Both the position numbers and the translations under genes were made by a program. A stretch of DNA of 20,000 nucleotides from Ancylonema sp. Taxonomy: Eukaryota. The notes under the pieces are model-generated. The model saw nothing but the letters and a program-made list of their open reading frames with translations, was not told the DNA's origin and ran no database searches. Shown piece after piece: positions 1 to 15,187 of the stretch (position 1 is its first letter; every line of letters begins with the position of its first letter). The DNA is taken from the NCBI GenBank assembly GCA_050230475.1, contig JBFLGF010000153.1, forward strand, positions 55,137-75,136, in the 5' to 3' direction.

Positions 1-35
1 ATGTGAGTGCAGTGCGGCAGGAGTCACACTTAGGC

Positions 36-1394
36 CTTCCTTGGCCTGGATCTCCACGTCGATGGCCTGCCCACTGGCGCCCCCCATGGGCTGGTGCACC
101 ATGATTCGAGCGTTCGGCATCGCCAGGCGGCGACCGCGCGACCCTCCTGCTAACACAACAGCTGCAGTGGAAGCCGCCAGCCCAAACGCGATGGTGGAGA
201 CTGGTGCTCGGCACAGCTGCATGGCGTCGTAGATGGCCATGGTGGAGCTGCACAGGTAACGAGAACAGCACCCCGCAGTGGTTAGGACCGGAAGCAATGG
301 CTGAGCATGAAGCATGAAGCCGAACTGTGAAATCGGGAGGGGGTGAGCAACCTGATGGAGCCTCCGGGGCAGTTAACAAAAAGTCTGATTTCCTTGTTCT
401 CGTCTTGGGCGTCCAACAGCAGCAACTGACTGACCACGGCATCTGCCACATAGTCGTCCATCTGGCTGCCAAGGAAAACGATTCGCTGGCGTAGCAGTAG
501 ACCCATGACGTCAGCGTCAGCAGGACGCTGGGCTTGAGCAGGAGCCTGGCCAGCAAAAGGGCCGCCATACTGATACTGTTTCCACCCCAAAAAAGCATTA
601 TGAATCAGCCCAGGGGAGTGCGATGAGACTCCGCGACAATTTGCAAAGTCCAGACAAACTCTCCGGAATATATGCTGGCGACACATATCAGCGATCACAC
701 TGAAATCTTGCGCCTGAAGGCGTCAAAAGCAGCGGCTCAGCACTTTCCGCGAGTCTCAAACCTCAAGCTGGAAATGTGCATGCAGGGTACACGCTTCTCA
801 TCGATGCACTCCAATCATTTTTACGAGGGGGGTATATTGAAATATTCACAATCTTCTTCCAACGTCTTCTACACGTTTCTGCCTCACCTCGCTGAAGATA
901 TCTCTTGACTTGGCCTCCGTTACCAACCGGCTCGAATCTCTTCGACATTGCAGTTGCTCCACAGGCCCTCTTGGACTGAATAGTGCTACAAAAGACGACA
1001 TAGGTAAATAAGCATGGGCTGCGGCTGTGTTTGGATCTCATTAGCACCAATATTTAGTTGCTTCTCCTCTCCATACGATTACGTACGTACGATTTTATAC
1101 ATAGACAACGGAACAGTATTTTACAAATTCAAAGCAGCCATGATGTCGGGGAGATAATGAGAGTCGCAGCTTCCGTAAGAAACATGATGATTGCTCTCGG
1201 CTGAAGTAGAATTGCAGCAGATATAGATTGAAGGGATCCGTGTTATGTACAGCCGGAACTCGCACACTGTGCTTCAGCTCACCTGCGTTTCCTAAGAATG
1301 TATTCCTGCCTGTCCTGTTCAAGGGGTTTGACCTATTTATCAAGGCAGTGCAACCTGCCTGAGCTCCCAACTGGGGTACACAGATGCCGGACAT
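36..1394 (-). CDS. CLPP4: Plastid ATP-dependent Clp protease proteolytic subunit, ClpP4-like; 3' end lies beyond the left edge. Exons 1394-1283, 985-888, 545-352, 247-~36
   Basis: The spliced translation gives [111 protein letters not shown], with the catalytic Ser (GLAAS) and His (MVHQP) motifs. Three GT-AG introns have consistent phases (1, 0, 2). The first two exons encode a Ser/Thr/Arg-rich transit-peptide-like leader. The donor after QAKE is unresolved. Confidence 0.88.
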
Positions 1395-1560
1395 ATCTGT
1401 CACTCAGACTGTATTGCAACAAGGCAACTTCAGATTGCAACCGTGACCGCTAATCACCAAGGAAGGGTCGAGCTTAGCGGTAGCATACACTCCTGAGCCT
1501 TCTTTCAGACCCTTCGTCGTCTATGACGAAGCTGTGGACGTGTTGCTGAGTGGGTCGGAA
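894..1560 (-). repeat. Diverged inverted copy (left arm) of the 5' region of the E2/LTA2 gene (~6720-7400)
   Basis: The reverse complement aligns by eye with 6720-7400 across the upstream flank, exon 1, intron 1 and exon 2 (e.g. ctaccgctRagctcgacc, ttgcaatacagtct, cagttgggagctcaggcaggt, ctacttcagccgagagcaa, tgagatccaaa). The exon 2 portion has 9 mismatches in 92 nt. Confidence 0.93.
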
Positions 1561-1584
1561 AGCAGTGCAGAAGAGCAATGTGGT

Positions 1585-3590
1585 CTGTTGGGGGGCAACT
1601 AGGGTTGTGCCCCACCCGCAAAAAACGAATCGGGTTCGGGTGGGCATATGCCCCCCTTCCAGAAAACTCGAGGTGCGGTTGGACCCAAACAGCGGAGGGG
1701 AATCCAGTCGCGGCTGGATGGGTAAAAATCAGGTTGTCGAGGAACAGTAAATTCTTGATATAGGCCCAATCGTTACGAGCTCACTCGTTAGAGCGTTTAT
1801 AGGAGTATGGTCCCCCAAGTTATTGGCACCAAAATGGTCCCCTGCCAAATTGTCTGCGTTTTATGCATCACGTTATATGCATAATAAAAATATCGATTCT
1901 TACCCTAGACCGCAATATGATGTCATATGACACATGCTTTCTGGAAACCGGGGGAAAATTCGATGCATATCATAAATTATCAGTATATATTCATGAAAGT
2001 GGCCATACGGAATTTGTATTTATTCACGCACCAATCGGCGAATACCGTACCGGCAAGATTTCATGACCCACTTCAAAAAAATCGATTATATACGCATCCC
2101 CCCACCCTATACCCCCACCTGTTTTAAATTTATTTCGATACTCCCTTCACCATTGGCGAATAGCCGTGACATACCGTAGAGACTCTATTTAGTCCAACAC
2201 TAATTGAAATAAAAGCAGTGGGCCGCGGGTAACAAAAGCATTATTTATACTAGGTTTTGGGGTTTGGACCCCCTCACCATCGTTTCAAATTATTTTCGGG
2301 TATCCACACCCCCTCTCCCATCCCAAACGCGACACTATCTAAGCCATGTCCCATCCCCATCGTGTTAAGTCCATACCGTACCGTAAGGTATACGATCGAG
2401 TGCCTTGATGGGACATGTGTGGTAGAACGGTGCATGTTGTTTTGCGATATAACATGTATAGCAAATGTATCGCAGTAGCGGGTTGAGTACGCATGTGTCG
2501 GAATACTTGGACACGTACGGTTTCTTAGGTGTCGGTCTATATATGAACGTGCGCTTATAGAACAGTATGGCAGTCAAGTGTTCCTAAGAGCCAACGCGCG
2601 CACTAGGGGAGTGCTTGTGTTTCGCGATAAAACGCTGGGTAATGTTATATTCGCATTTGTCCCGTAGAGCAACTGAATAGTTACGGAGCAAATGAGTTCC
2701 ATGCGAGGAAACTCGAGTAATATTACACAATTATAAACTACCTTTGTGATTCGTCAATATGAGGTGGCGGTGCATTGTGACGCACACACATGCGCTTCAC
2801 ACCATGATTAATCAATTACTGGTCGACACGCAATCGTGCGAGCACTAGACGAAAAGTTAATATTGGTGTCAGTCTTGAGCCCTCAGCTAATGCTTATACT
2901 TTTATTATCGTGTTAGCGTGTGCCTCCGATAGCACCGGTACTCATACTTGCCTTTGCATTAGCTATGAATCTCTCGATGTACGGGTAATCACAACTAGAC
3001 CCCGAACACAATTCGATGAAGTAGCTAGATTCGACCTTTAGTTGCGGTAGGTACGGCGGTAACCCATATTAATTTCTTACACGTAACGGTCTAGAGCGTG
3101 ACATTATCTTGTTGCAGGCAAACTAAGTGAAATTTGTTCTGCACATGGTGTCAAGGAGCGAGGTAGCAAGGATGCTAGTATGTACGTGTGTGTGTTGGCC
3201 GTGGCCGTTGGGGTAGCTTGATACACGATGGATGCATCGCATGTGTGGGTTTACGGATGTTTTTTATTAATACTAGTTAATTGATATTAGTTTTTCGAGG
3301 AGGGTTCTGTTAAGACGTTCATTAACACCGTTTAGTTTAGGGTTGTAGAGGGCAATGACCTCGGAAAAAAGGGTGGGTATTTAAAAGGTTACGAAAGCCA
3401 AATTTGCAACGATGAGTCGTAACAAATACGATGATACACCGTTTTGTATACCATAGCTATCAAATATCCGGAAATATTGTATGTATGTATGTGCCAAATG
3501 CATGGGAGACGTACCAAATTGCATTCTAGGCCTGGCATGTGACCATATGTAGGGTTCGAAAGTCGTAGAGCGACTTAAATTCCCTACCAA
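1585..3590. mobile_element. AT-richer non-coding stretch, possibly decayed DNA-transposon (MULE/hAT-like) remnants
   Basis: No credible ORF or exon. There are short hairpins (ggggcaac..gttgtgcccc; cccacccg..cgggtggg at ~1591-1645) and a repeated atggtcccc motif (~1807, ~1834) reminiscent of MULE terminal repeats. No matched TIR pair, target-site duplication or transposase was found. Confidence 0.25.
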
Positions 3591-3883
3591 ATCTGCTTGT
3601 CTGCCACCTCATGCACTTGCCTGATTCACAACCTGAGGCACACAAACAACATTTTATTAACACCACCATCAGCTTCTTTATGTGCTGAGAGTGGAGATAC
3701 GACATATTCCAGAGGGATGTACGAAAAGAAGGATGCGAAATGCGAAACATCGGATGGATGCGAAACGTTTTTCTGAGTGCAACATTGTTGTGGTTCTCAC
3801 AAAGTGTGAATAAATGCACAAATGCACAAATGCCGGACTTCTTTCAGCAAGTTCCCAGCAAGTTCCAGCGTCTCTCCTCCTTG

Positions 3884-6039
3884 TCAAGGCTCTCGACAGT
3901 CAAGCAGTTGGTCACACAAGACACCATGACCCACACCTAGTTGAACACTACTAGACTTCACCAAATGTGTTGGGTGGGACTTGGCAATCACCTTCTTAGT
4001 GAGCAGAACGAGTTGGGAGACAGGCACCCACTGGGGGGCGATGACTAATTTCTCAGCAGCAGCACCTCCTGAAGCTCCACCGGTTGCTAGCGCCCTGTCG
4101 AACACAACCGCACTCTGCGCGTGCCCACATTGGTGTACTATCCTTCGCGACTCGCAAGGACCAAAGTCCAAAACCTTTGTGAGGAGCTTGGTCACCCAGT
4201 TTCCGACCTCTGCCGACTTTCTGTTTCACTCTTCTCCAACAACAACATTGAAGAAGTCTGCGGCATATCATCTGCATGCTTCTTCAATCGCCACGGGATG
4301 CAGTTAGGAGGTTTGGAGCAACTTGCCTGCTCGTCACCGGTGCGCTGCCCTTCCAGGACACGCTGGAGTCACAGCAACAAGCATTGCAAACAGGTCACGA
4401 GAACTGGGGTGCTGATGAGAGAATCACGTACAAACAATTGCCCAACGGATAACGGATAACGGATTGGCGACAGCAGGGTATATATACATGCAAGCATGTA
4501 TATATGTATATTGTATTTGGAGGCACGAGTACTCCATCCTCACATGGACAATGCTGTGCAGTGAGTCATCCTCAGATACCACTCCCCTAGAAGCCTCGTT
4601 GTCATAGAGTTGAAGACTGTGGAGGGTCACATATATCTGCATACGGTGCCAACAGAGCAGAAGTTTGCTTTCAAGGGTATAAAAAAAGATCAGGTGGTAG
4701 ATGACAACCTGGATGTTGTATCTGTAAGTCGAGTAGAGATTGCGTTCAGAGGAGTGAGAAGAGAGGCTATGATCTCACGGTGCTAGAGTGAAAGGAAACA
4801 GCAGAGCACTGTCATGTGATGATTGGGCACTGAAGGAGGGAGGGCAGGTGAAGAGCTTGCCGTGTCTAGCCACTGGTTCCGGTACATTTCCTCCGCTCCT
4901 GTTAACCGGTATCCTGCGCTTGTCAGCCGGAACTCCACCCGATCACCATACTGGTGGGACCACAGCAAAGAGTTGTGTGAGCATCAACACAATTACATCG
5001 AAGCCAGCACTGAGTATGAAAGATCACGACGGTCATTTGTAGTTCACACAGACTCGACTTGTACAGCCTACTTTATCCCATCTCAGCGTGGCATGTGTGG
5101 CGCTTTACTGCCAGTTGTAGACTCAACCGCTCCCTGCTAAACCCTGCGCGAAAAGCCACCACCGCTGCCAGTACGAAGCTCTGTAATGCAGCAGCTGCTG
5201 GTCTTCCTGCATTTTGAATGCACAGCTGCAAAGAGGAGAGGGAGCGACGCTGCTAAGAGATGTGTGCATCCACTTGACCTGATTACTTCTCACAATCTAC
5301 TGTTTCCATAGCCACATCAGCTTGTGTGAGGTTGTCAATTGTGCAACCTTTGTGAGAAGCACGATGCAGGGATCTGATTCACCAGTGCTCAGTTTTTGAC
5401 ACCTGTCCCAAGGGTAGTCTCTTCATCTGAGTATCAGATGACCTTGGTCAACGCTGCAGTATGATATCACATTTCAATTGGTGTGTGCTAAGGCACATCG
5501 CCCATGCTGCATTTTTATGCTCTAGGAAGCATTGCTTCACGATTGCCATTTAGTTTATCATTTTACGCCCATACAGCGCAAATTTCATTATGTCTGGCAC
5601 CACGACTGAATCGACGCCTCACGAGGTTGTAAGCTTCTGAGATCAGAGTGAAGAGCCCATGTGCAGATGGCAGCAGTAGCACATCGTGTGACCAGCTGAT
5701 ATTATGGGGACGCTTTAGATTTTTCTTTCTTTCTCTGACCTCGAAAAACGCACTCTCTATCTCATTGCACAGCTCCGTCAGTGACACACTGTTCGTCCGT
5801 CCATCTCCGCATTCACAAATGATTGGACAGGCGAATTTGTACACATCAAAGAGTTCATACCGATTCGTTGAGAGCATTCCTATCCTCGTTCTGTGCTGTA
5901 GTACTTTACACCGATTTTCGCGGCTATCTAGGAATGATTTTCTCTTATGGCTGGCAAAGGTGTCCATGTACAGGATCGAAACCTTCTGAAACTGAACATT
6001 GCTTGAATCATATCGACAAATTGAAATCGTCGAGGCCAT
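3884..6039 (-). CDS. Uncharacterised, probably plastid-targeted protein (~302 aa). Exons 6039-5740, 5225-5109, 4950-4861, 4636-4544, 4362-4327, 4257-4196, 4094-3884 (last exon end uncertain)
   Basis: Seven stop-free exons join in consistent phase (909 nt). The protein reads MASTISIC...LTELCNEIESAFFE|LCIQNAGRPAAAALQSFVLAAVVAFRAGFSRERLSLQLA|YGDRVEFRLTSAGYRLTGAEEMYRNQWLDT|IYVTLHSLQL...SIVH|RVLEGQRTGDEQ|...QWVPVSQLVLLTKK. The MAST start is typical of transit peptides. Two donors are GC (ACG|GCAAGC, CAG|GCAAGT). Confidence 0.65.
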
Positions 6040-6420
6040 TCCCACATTTCTAGCAGTACATTTTGCGAAGGAAGCATTTCCTGCAGGACATGTTAAGCAG
6101 ATATTCATTGGAAGGAAGTCACGACCTTCTTGGTAACACAAGGCTAGACAACTACTTCTTTTGCATTCTTTCTTTCATCGAAATCGAAATGAAGACCACA
6201 GTGCAGCTTTCTTCGGGGTAGAGAAGAACTGAACAAATTGGACTGAACGATGCATTTGCTCCTTTCATTGCGAGAATTGATGTTATCAGACCCTTAATCA
6301 AGTAGTGATCGTTGGAGAGGTCTGACGAGATTGTTCATGCAGCTGTCTCAAGAGTTTTTGAGAGTCTCTAACGAGTCTGGTGCATGTTTGCTTTCAGATG
6401 ATTACTTGTAGAGCTACAGC

Positions 6421-6498
6421 AGCAACGTGATCAGCAATGTGATCAGCAATGTGATCAGCAATGTGATCAGCAATGTGATCAGCAATGTGATCAGCAAT
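6421..6498. repeat. 12-bp minisatellite (AGCAATGTGATC) x ~6.5 in the divergent intergenic region
   Basis: Directly visible: one AGCAACGTGATC unit, five perfect units, then a partial AGCAAT. Confidence 0.97.
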
Positions 6499-6890
6499 TC
6501 GATGGGCCGTGAATGATGGGTGCTTTCTGGACCATCTCTTTGTTCTGCAGCGACGATTTACGGATTTGACAGCGCCGGTCTGGCCAATACAAACCTCGTT
6601 CTGCACATTGATTGGACTTTGGACCGGTCGCACGTGCATTTGACTGAGCAGATTGAGGTTAGCCGGTCAAGTGTCAAGCCTTCTTCGATACGAGGTGCAG
6701 TTTTGAGGAACCGCACTACAGTCGTCCCTCTCCGCAATACAGCAACCGAATCCGTCACGGGAAAAGTGGGCTTCAAATTAGAGTTCAGGCAGTACACTCT
6801 ACCGCTGAGCTCGACCAATCCTCGGTGACCAGCGGTCACGGTTCCATCCTGAAGCTGACTTCTTGCAATACAGTCTACTGAGTAACAGAT

Positions 6891-10932
<4,042 letters not shown>

Positions 10933-12097
10933 TGATGAAGAAGTTCCTCTATGCTATGGACTTCGCTCTACCTCCCAGCATGTCAAGCGAGTTATTATGT
11001 CACTTTTTTGCATCTAGATGGGCAACTGCACGTGGTTCGAAAGAAAACGAAAGCTGTATGTAGATCGACTTCCGTAGTTTGTTTGCAGTTGTCTGTTCCC
11101 CACACCCCGAGGGCGGTGTAAGGAACAAGATGCAATAGCTGCCCAGTTCTTGCAATCCTTCTTTATAAATAAATCAAAGCCTGCTGTCTACCTTGCTTAT
11201 CATTTTTGACTGTACACAGGTTCGGGTAGTCCTTTTGTTGTCTCTTTCTCTTTCTTTGGTCACTCTTCATGGCATTGCTCTGATCACGACAGTGGAGACT
11301 TCCATAAGGCATGAAGGCCAGACAACTCAGGAGGTTTAATAAACGCAGCCGATGAGTAAGGGCAAGTTTCGTTTTTTATCCTACAATGTGAATTGATGCT
11401 GTTGAATGGCCCACTACATGATGAGCAGGAATGGACTGGCATACGAAGACCAAATTGACTTATGAAGACTGTGCGTGCAGCTCACCGTCACAACCACAGT
11501 TTACAGAGAGCTGCTGCACAAAGATCGAGCTCCACAATGACGAATCTGAATAAGGCAGACTACACGTGTACATATTGGCATGTCCAAGTATGAATGACTA
11601 CGTAGTACCTCTGTTCGTACATGTTCATCCCCACACACAAGACGATCCAGCCATCATCATTTGTTTATATAGCAGCGGACAAGCGAGACTGCCTGAAACA
11701 CTGTCCCGCAGGCACCCCAACCAAATCAGTTGGTGATTGGGAGAGAAGAATACGTCACTGTTATCCCATGAGCATATGGCTACTTCCGATATCACTGTCT
11801 CTCACAGAGGTATTTGTATGCACATGAAATGATACTTGACATGGAAGACGTAGTGGAGCAGCTGACCTATGACCCTAAAAAAATTGTCCGTAAAAAATCT
11901 TCACCCTCTTCTTCGCCTAGCTCGACCATCTTCCATCGATTGATTGCCATGACAGTAGGTCCAACGGATCGGTTGTCTGGACACTATTATAATTAATTCT
12001 CCCTTCCCAGGCTGGTGTCACCTTCAACAAGAATGGTAACGGATTGCCGTCTACAATCACTTCAGCAGCCTCGTGGTGGATAGCAACAGGATAGCAA

Positions 12098-13912
12098 TTA
12101 GTAGACTGGGCCAATAGCCTCTGCTCCAGCGGATATGACATGCTTGGACCACACGTATAATTGAAGGCATGGTTTAGACGTTGCAGCCACCTCCTGGATC
12201 TTTAGTGCATCAAGAACCTCCACAGCCCTTTGAAGACGAGTGCAGATTGGAGTAGAGGGCATGCGCCTGGAGCTCTTTGGAGTTTTACTGTGAATTTGTC
12301 TGGAGGTGGAGTCGATAAGAATGCCTGGAACCTCTCGCATATACGAAGATGTTTGCAATCTGGTCGGCGTGAATAATCTCTCTTTCCAAGGCACACAAAG
12401 GTCATCAGGGTGGCTCATCAATGCTGCCTTGGAAGCGAATTCCGGGGGACTGCAGCTTGTAAGCATATTGAAGAGGCTGAAAGACTTCGATGCAGACTTC
12501 AATGACGAAAAGTCAACAGGAGAAGGCACGTGGTTCCTTAGACCTCGAGGACTTGACGTTGTTGCAAACAGCTGCCGAATTCGCTGCCATATCATGTCTC
12601 TTGAATCAAGAGTCTCTCCCACCGTCAACATTCCTGTTGGAAGGATGAAGGAGCTGGCCAGTAACTTCAGACACACATACAATACAGTCGATATCTAGCA
12701 GAATATTGGCACAGGTATCTTTGCACTATCAGCGGTTGCATTTATCGAAGGTACCTGGATAAGTACGGGTATACCTCTTACCAGACTAAGACTTGCTTAG
12801 TGCGCAGAATGACCAAAGGTGGACAGACAGAGCTGAAGTCACCTGTCAAAAGAAGGCATCCAGTCCACACATCGACTACTATTGGTGGTGGTGATGTGTA
12901 GGCTTTCAGCTCGGCCACCACACCTCTGGTCAGCGGTGGTGGAGGTATGACAAAAGCAGGGCTGTCCTCACTGTGTGTCTGATCTGCTCTAGAAATGGCG
13001 AAGAATGGAAATTCATCTGACATTTCTCTCTGCGGTGACAAATTGTAAGTATTGTCTTGCAGCGCACTTTCCACCTTGAAATCAGAGGTAGTGCTTTCAC
13101 ATTGATCGTTCTGATCTGCTGCAGAATTACTGCTGTCGTATGCCTTTGCGCACAACGGATTCGGTGGACTTTCTGTCGCTTCAAGAGAATAATTCATGTC
13201 TGAGGAAGGAGTTTCCACACGCATTGCTGGGGAAGCCCCATAAATCATGCCGAACTGTTTTGAAATCGATTGACTTGAATCATATCCTTCTGAGGCTGGT
13301 AGAGCTTCCAGCGACACAAATCACTAGGCAGGTATTGAAAATGGACAAACTTCAGACAAAACGAGTTCTCCTCCCGGAATCGATATTTGAAAGAGACACC
13401 TAACCATTTATCACGTGCCTGCCTTATGTTTCGTGCGGTACATGAAGTAGACGCATATATGTTTTATGTCCATTATGACCATTTACCACTTTCACATTTG
13501 TAAGGTTTCTGATACTTCTACGGCCAACATGATATGTTCAAAAAGAGGTGCCATTATAAATATTCACCTCGTCCATAGATGGAGATCGACCTAACCATTC
13601 AGACATCGAAAACTGTTGTGTCACATCTGATGTAATATTGATCGTAGAGGTAGCTCTGCAAGCCCCGTCTCCATATCGTGTAGACTTTCCTCCTCCTGCG
13701 ATGCCGTCTGCACTAATCAAACGTGAGAGACTTGAAAGCTCAAAAATTTCCACTTGCTCTCCAAGATAAATCCTAGCAGCAATCTGTGGGGCAGTCATCG
13801 GAAGTGACTTGAAGATGGTGTTGCTAGGATGTAGTCCATCTTCTGTCGATCCTAGTCCCGACACACACAAGAGGAGATCCTGCTCTGTCATGAGATGCTG
13901 AGAGAGTTTCAT
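12098..13912 (-). CDS. Uncharacterised protein (~430 aa if it starts at 13912) with a C-terminal dynein stalk-tip/microtubule-binding-domain-like module. Exons 13912-13568, 13254-12843, 12633-12098; 5' end uncertain
   Basis: Three long same-strand ORFs join through GT-AG introns in consistent phase (GAG|GTGAAT..AACAG|TTC; ACAG|GTGACT..CCAACAG|GA). Motifs: VVAELKAYTSPPPIVVDVWTGCLLLTG, WQRIRQLF and EVAATSKPCLQLYVWSKHVI. The acceptor at 13254 is the least certain site. Confidence 0.6.
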
Positions 13913-14162
13913 TGTAATAAAGTTGTCGACGGTGGAAAATCCGAAGAAGTTTGAGTGCAATTATTCTTCATGCCTTGCAGAACTTCTCAATAGCGGCAAA
14001 AGTTCTCAGACAAGCTCTCCAAGTTTGACTTCGCTCCACCGCATTTGCAGGTGCACTTGCCAAAGTAAAAATACTCGTTATAACGCGTCATCTTACCAAT
14101 CACGGTGGAGGATATCATCGGTTTGGCGATACGCATCCTCCATACAGATCCTCAGGTCTACA

Positions 14163-14226
14163 TGCACACATGCACACATGCACACATGCACACATGCACA
14201 CATGCACACATGCACACATGCACACA
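14163..14226. repeat. (TGCACACA) x8
   Basis: Directly visible; 24 nt shorter than the other two copies. Confidence 0.95.
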
Positions 14227-14879
14227 CCACCCTGACATGCCAGCTGTGTTGCGTGTTGGCCAGGTGGACTTGGCCACGGTAGCTGGATCTGGACCTGCAG
14301 GTCGACTTGTGGCGTCTGATGTGGAAGCAGCCGCTGGCAAGGCCCCTGCACCGCCCGCTGCAGTGGCTGCAACGCCCCTGGCCGCCCCAGCCCCCGCTGC
14401 TGCCAAGGCAGCTTTAGCGGGGCCAGGCATTGTGCCGTTCACGGGCATGCAGACAGCCGTGACAAAGAACATGGAGGCCAGTCTTGCTGTGCCTGTCTTC
14501 CATGTGGGTTACACCATCACCACAGATGCCTTCGATGGTCTGTACAAGCAGGTGGGAGGCGCTTGTGTGAACCTCTTACTGGAGCTGGTGTGTGTGAAGC
14601 ACTCAATGAGCACTTGTGCCTTCCCTTTTTTTTCCAGATCAAGAGCAAGGGCGTCACCATGTCTGCTCTGCTGGCCAAGGCTGTGGCAATGGCTCTCGCT
14701 AAGCACCCGGCTATGAACGCGTCATGCAAAGACGGCAAAAGCTTTACGTACAACAGCAGTGTGAACGTTGCCGTGGCAGTGGCCATGGATGGCGGTCTCC
14801 TCACCCCAGTCCTGCCAGATGCGGATAAGGTGAGGCTGAAATGAATGGGGATGACTGGACAAGACTGTCCCCTCGACGG

Positions 14880-15187
<308 letters not shown>

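Noticed and set aside
1..36. Exact ClpP4 donor after QAKE (GC at 35-34 or GT at 29-28)
   Set aside because: The next exon is outside the window, so the phase cannot be tested; no claim is made.
546..698. N-terminal part of ORF 282..698 (MIADMCRQH...) as the ClpP start
   Set aside because: It has a GTG start and no clear transit-peptide character. A good acceptor (tttgctggccag|) at 546/545 fits the upstream exons in phase, so this stretch is treated as intron.
763..1050. ORFs 763..1050 (-) and 7250..7558 (+) as a paralogous small-protein pair
   Set aside because: They are off-frame readings of the shared exon 2. The synonymous-change pattern and the IREIFMP motif identify the other frame as coding.
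3331..3344. tttagtttagggtt as an interstitial telomere repeat
   Set aside because: Only one full TTTAGGG unit, which is expected by chance.
6394..6639. ORF with (IADH)n repeats, or a CRISPR-like array
   Set aside because: It is a translation of a spacer-less 12-bp minisatellite in a eukaryotic intergenic region, with no spacers or cas genes.
10933..12097. Short ORFs between the convergent genes (11621, 11814, 11917)
   Set aside because: No motifs or splice-consistent structure. The region is better explained as 3' UTRs and intergenic DNA (AATAAA at ~11168).
12306..12698. 130-aa plus-strand ORF
   Set aside because: It is the antisense shadow of the minus-strand terminal exon, with a non-ATG start and no recognisable motif.
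14105..14716. 203-aa ORF crossing the 14130 junction as a new fusion gene
   Set aside because: It has a GTG start, reads through introns 4 and 5, and depends on a junction that may be an assembly artefact.
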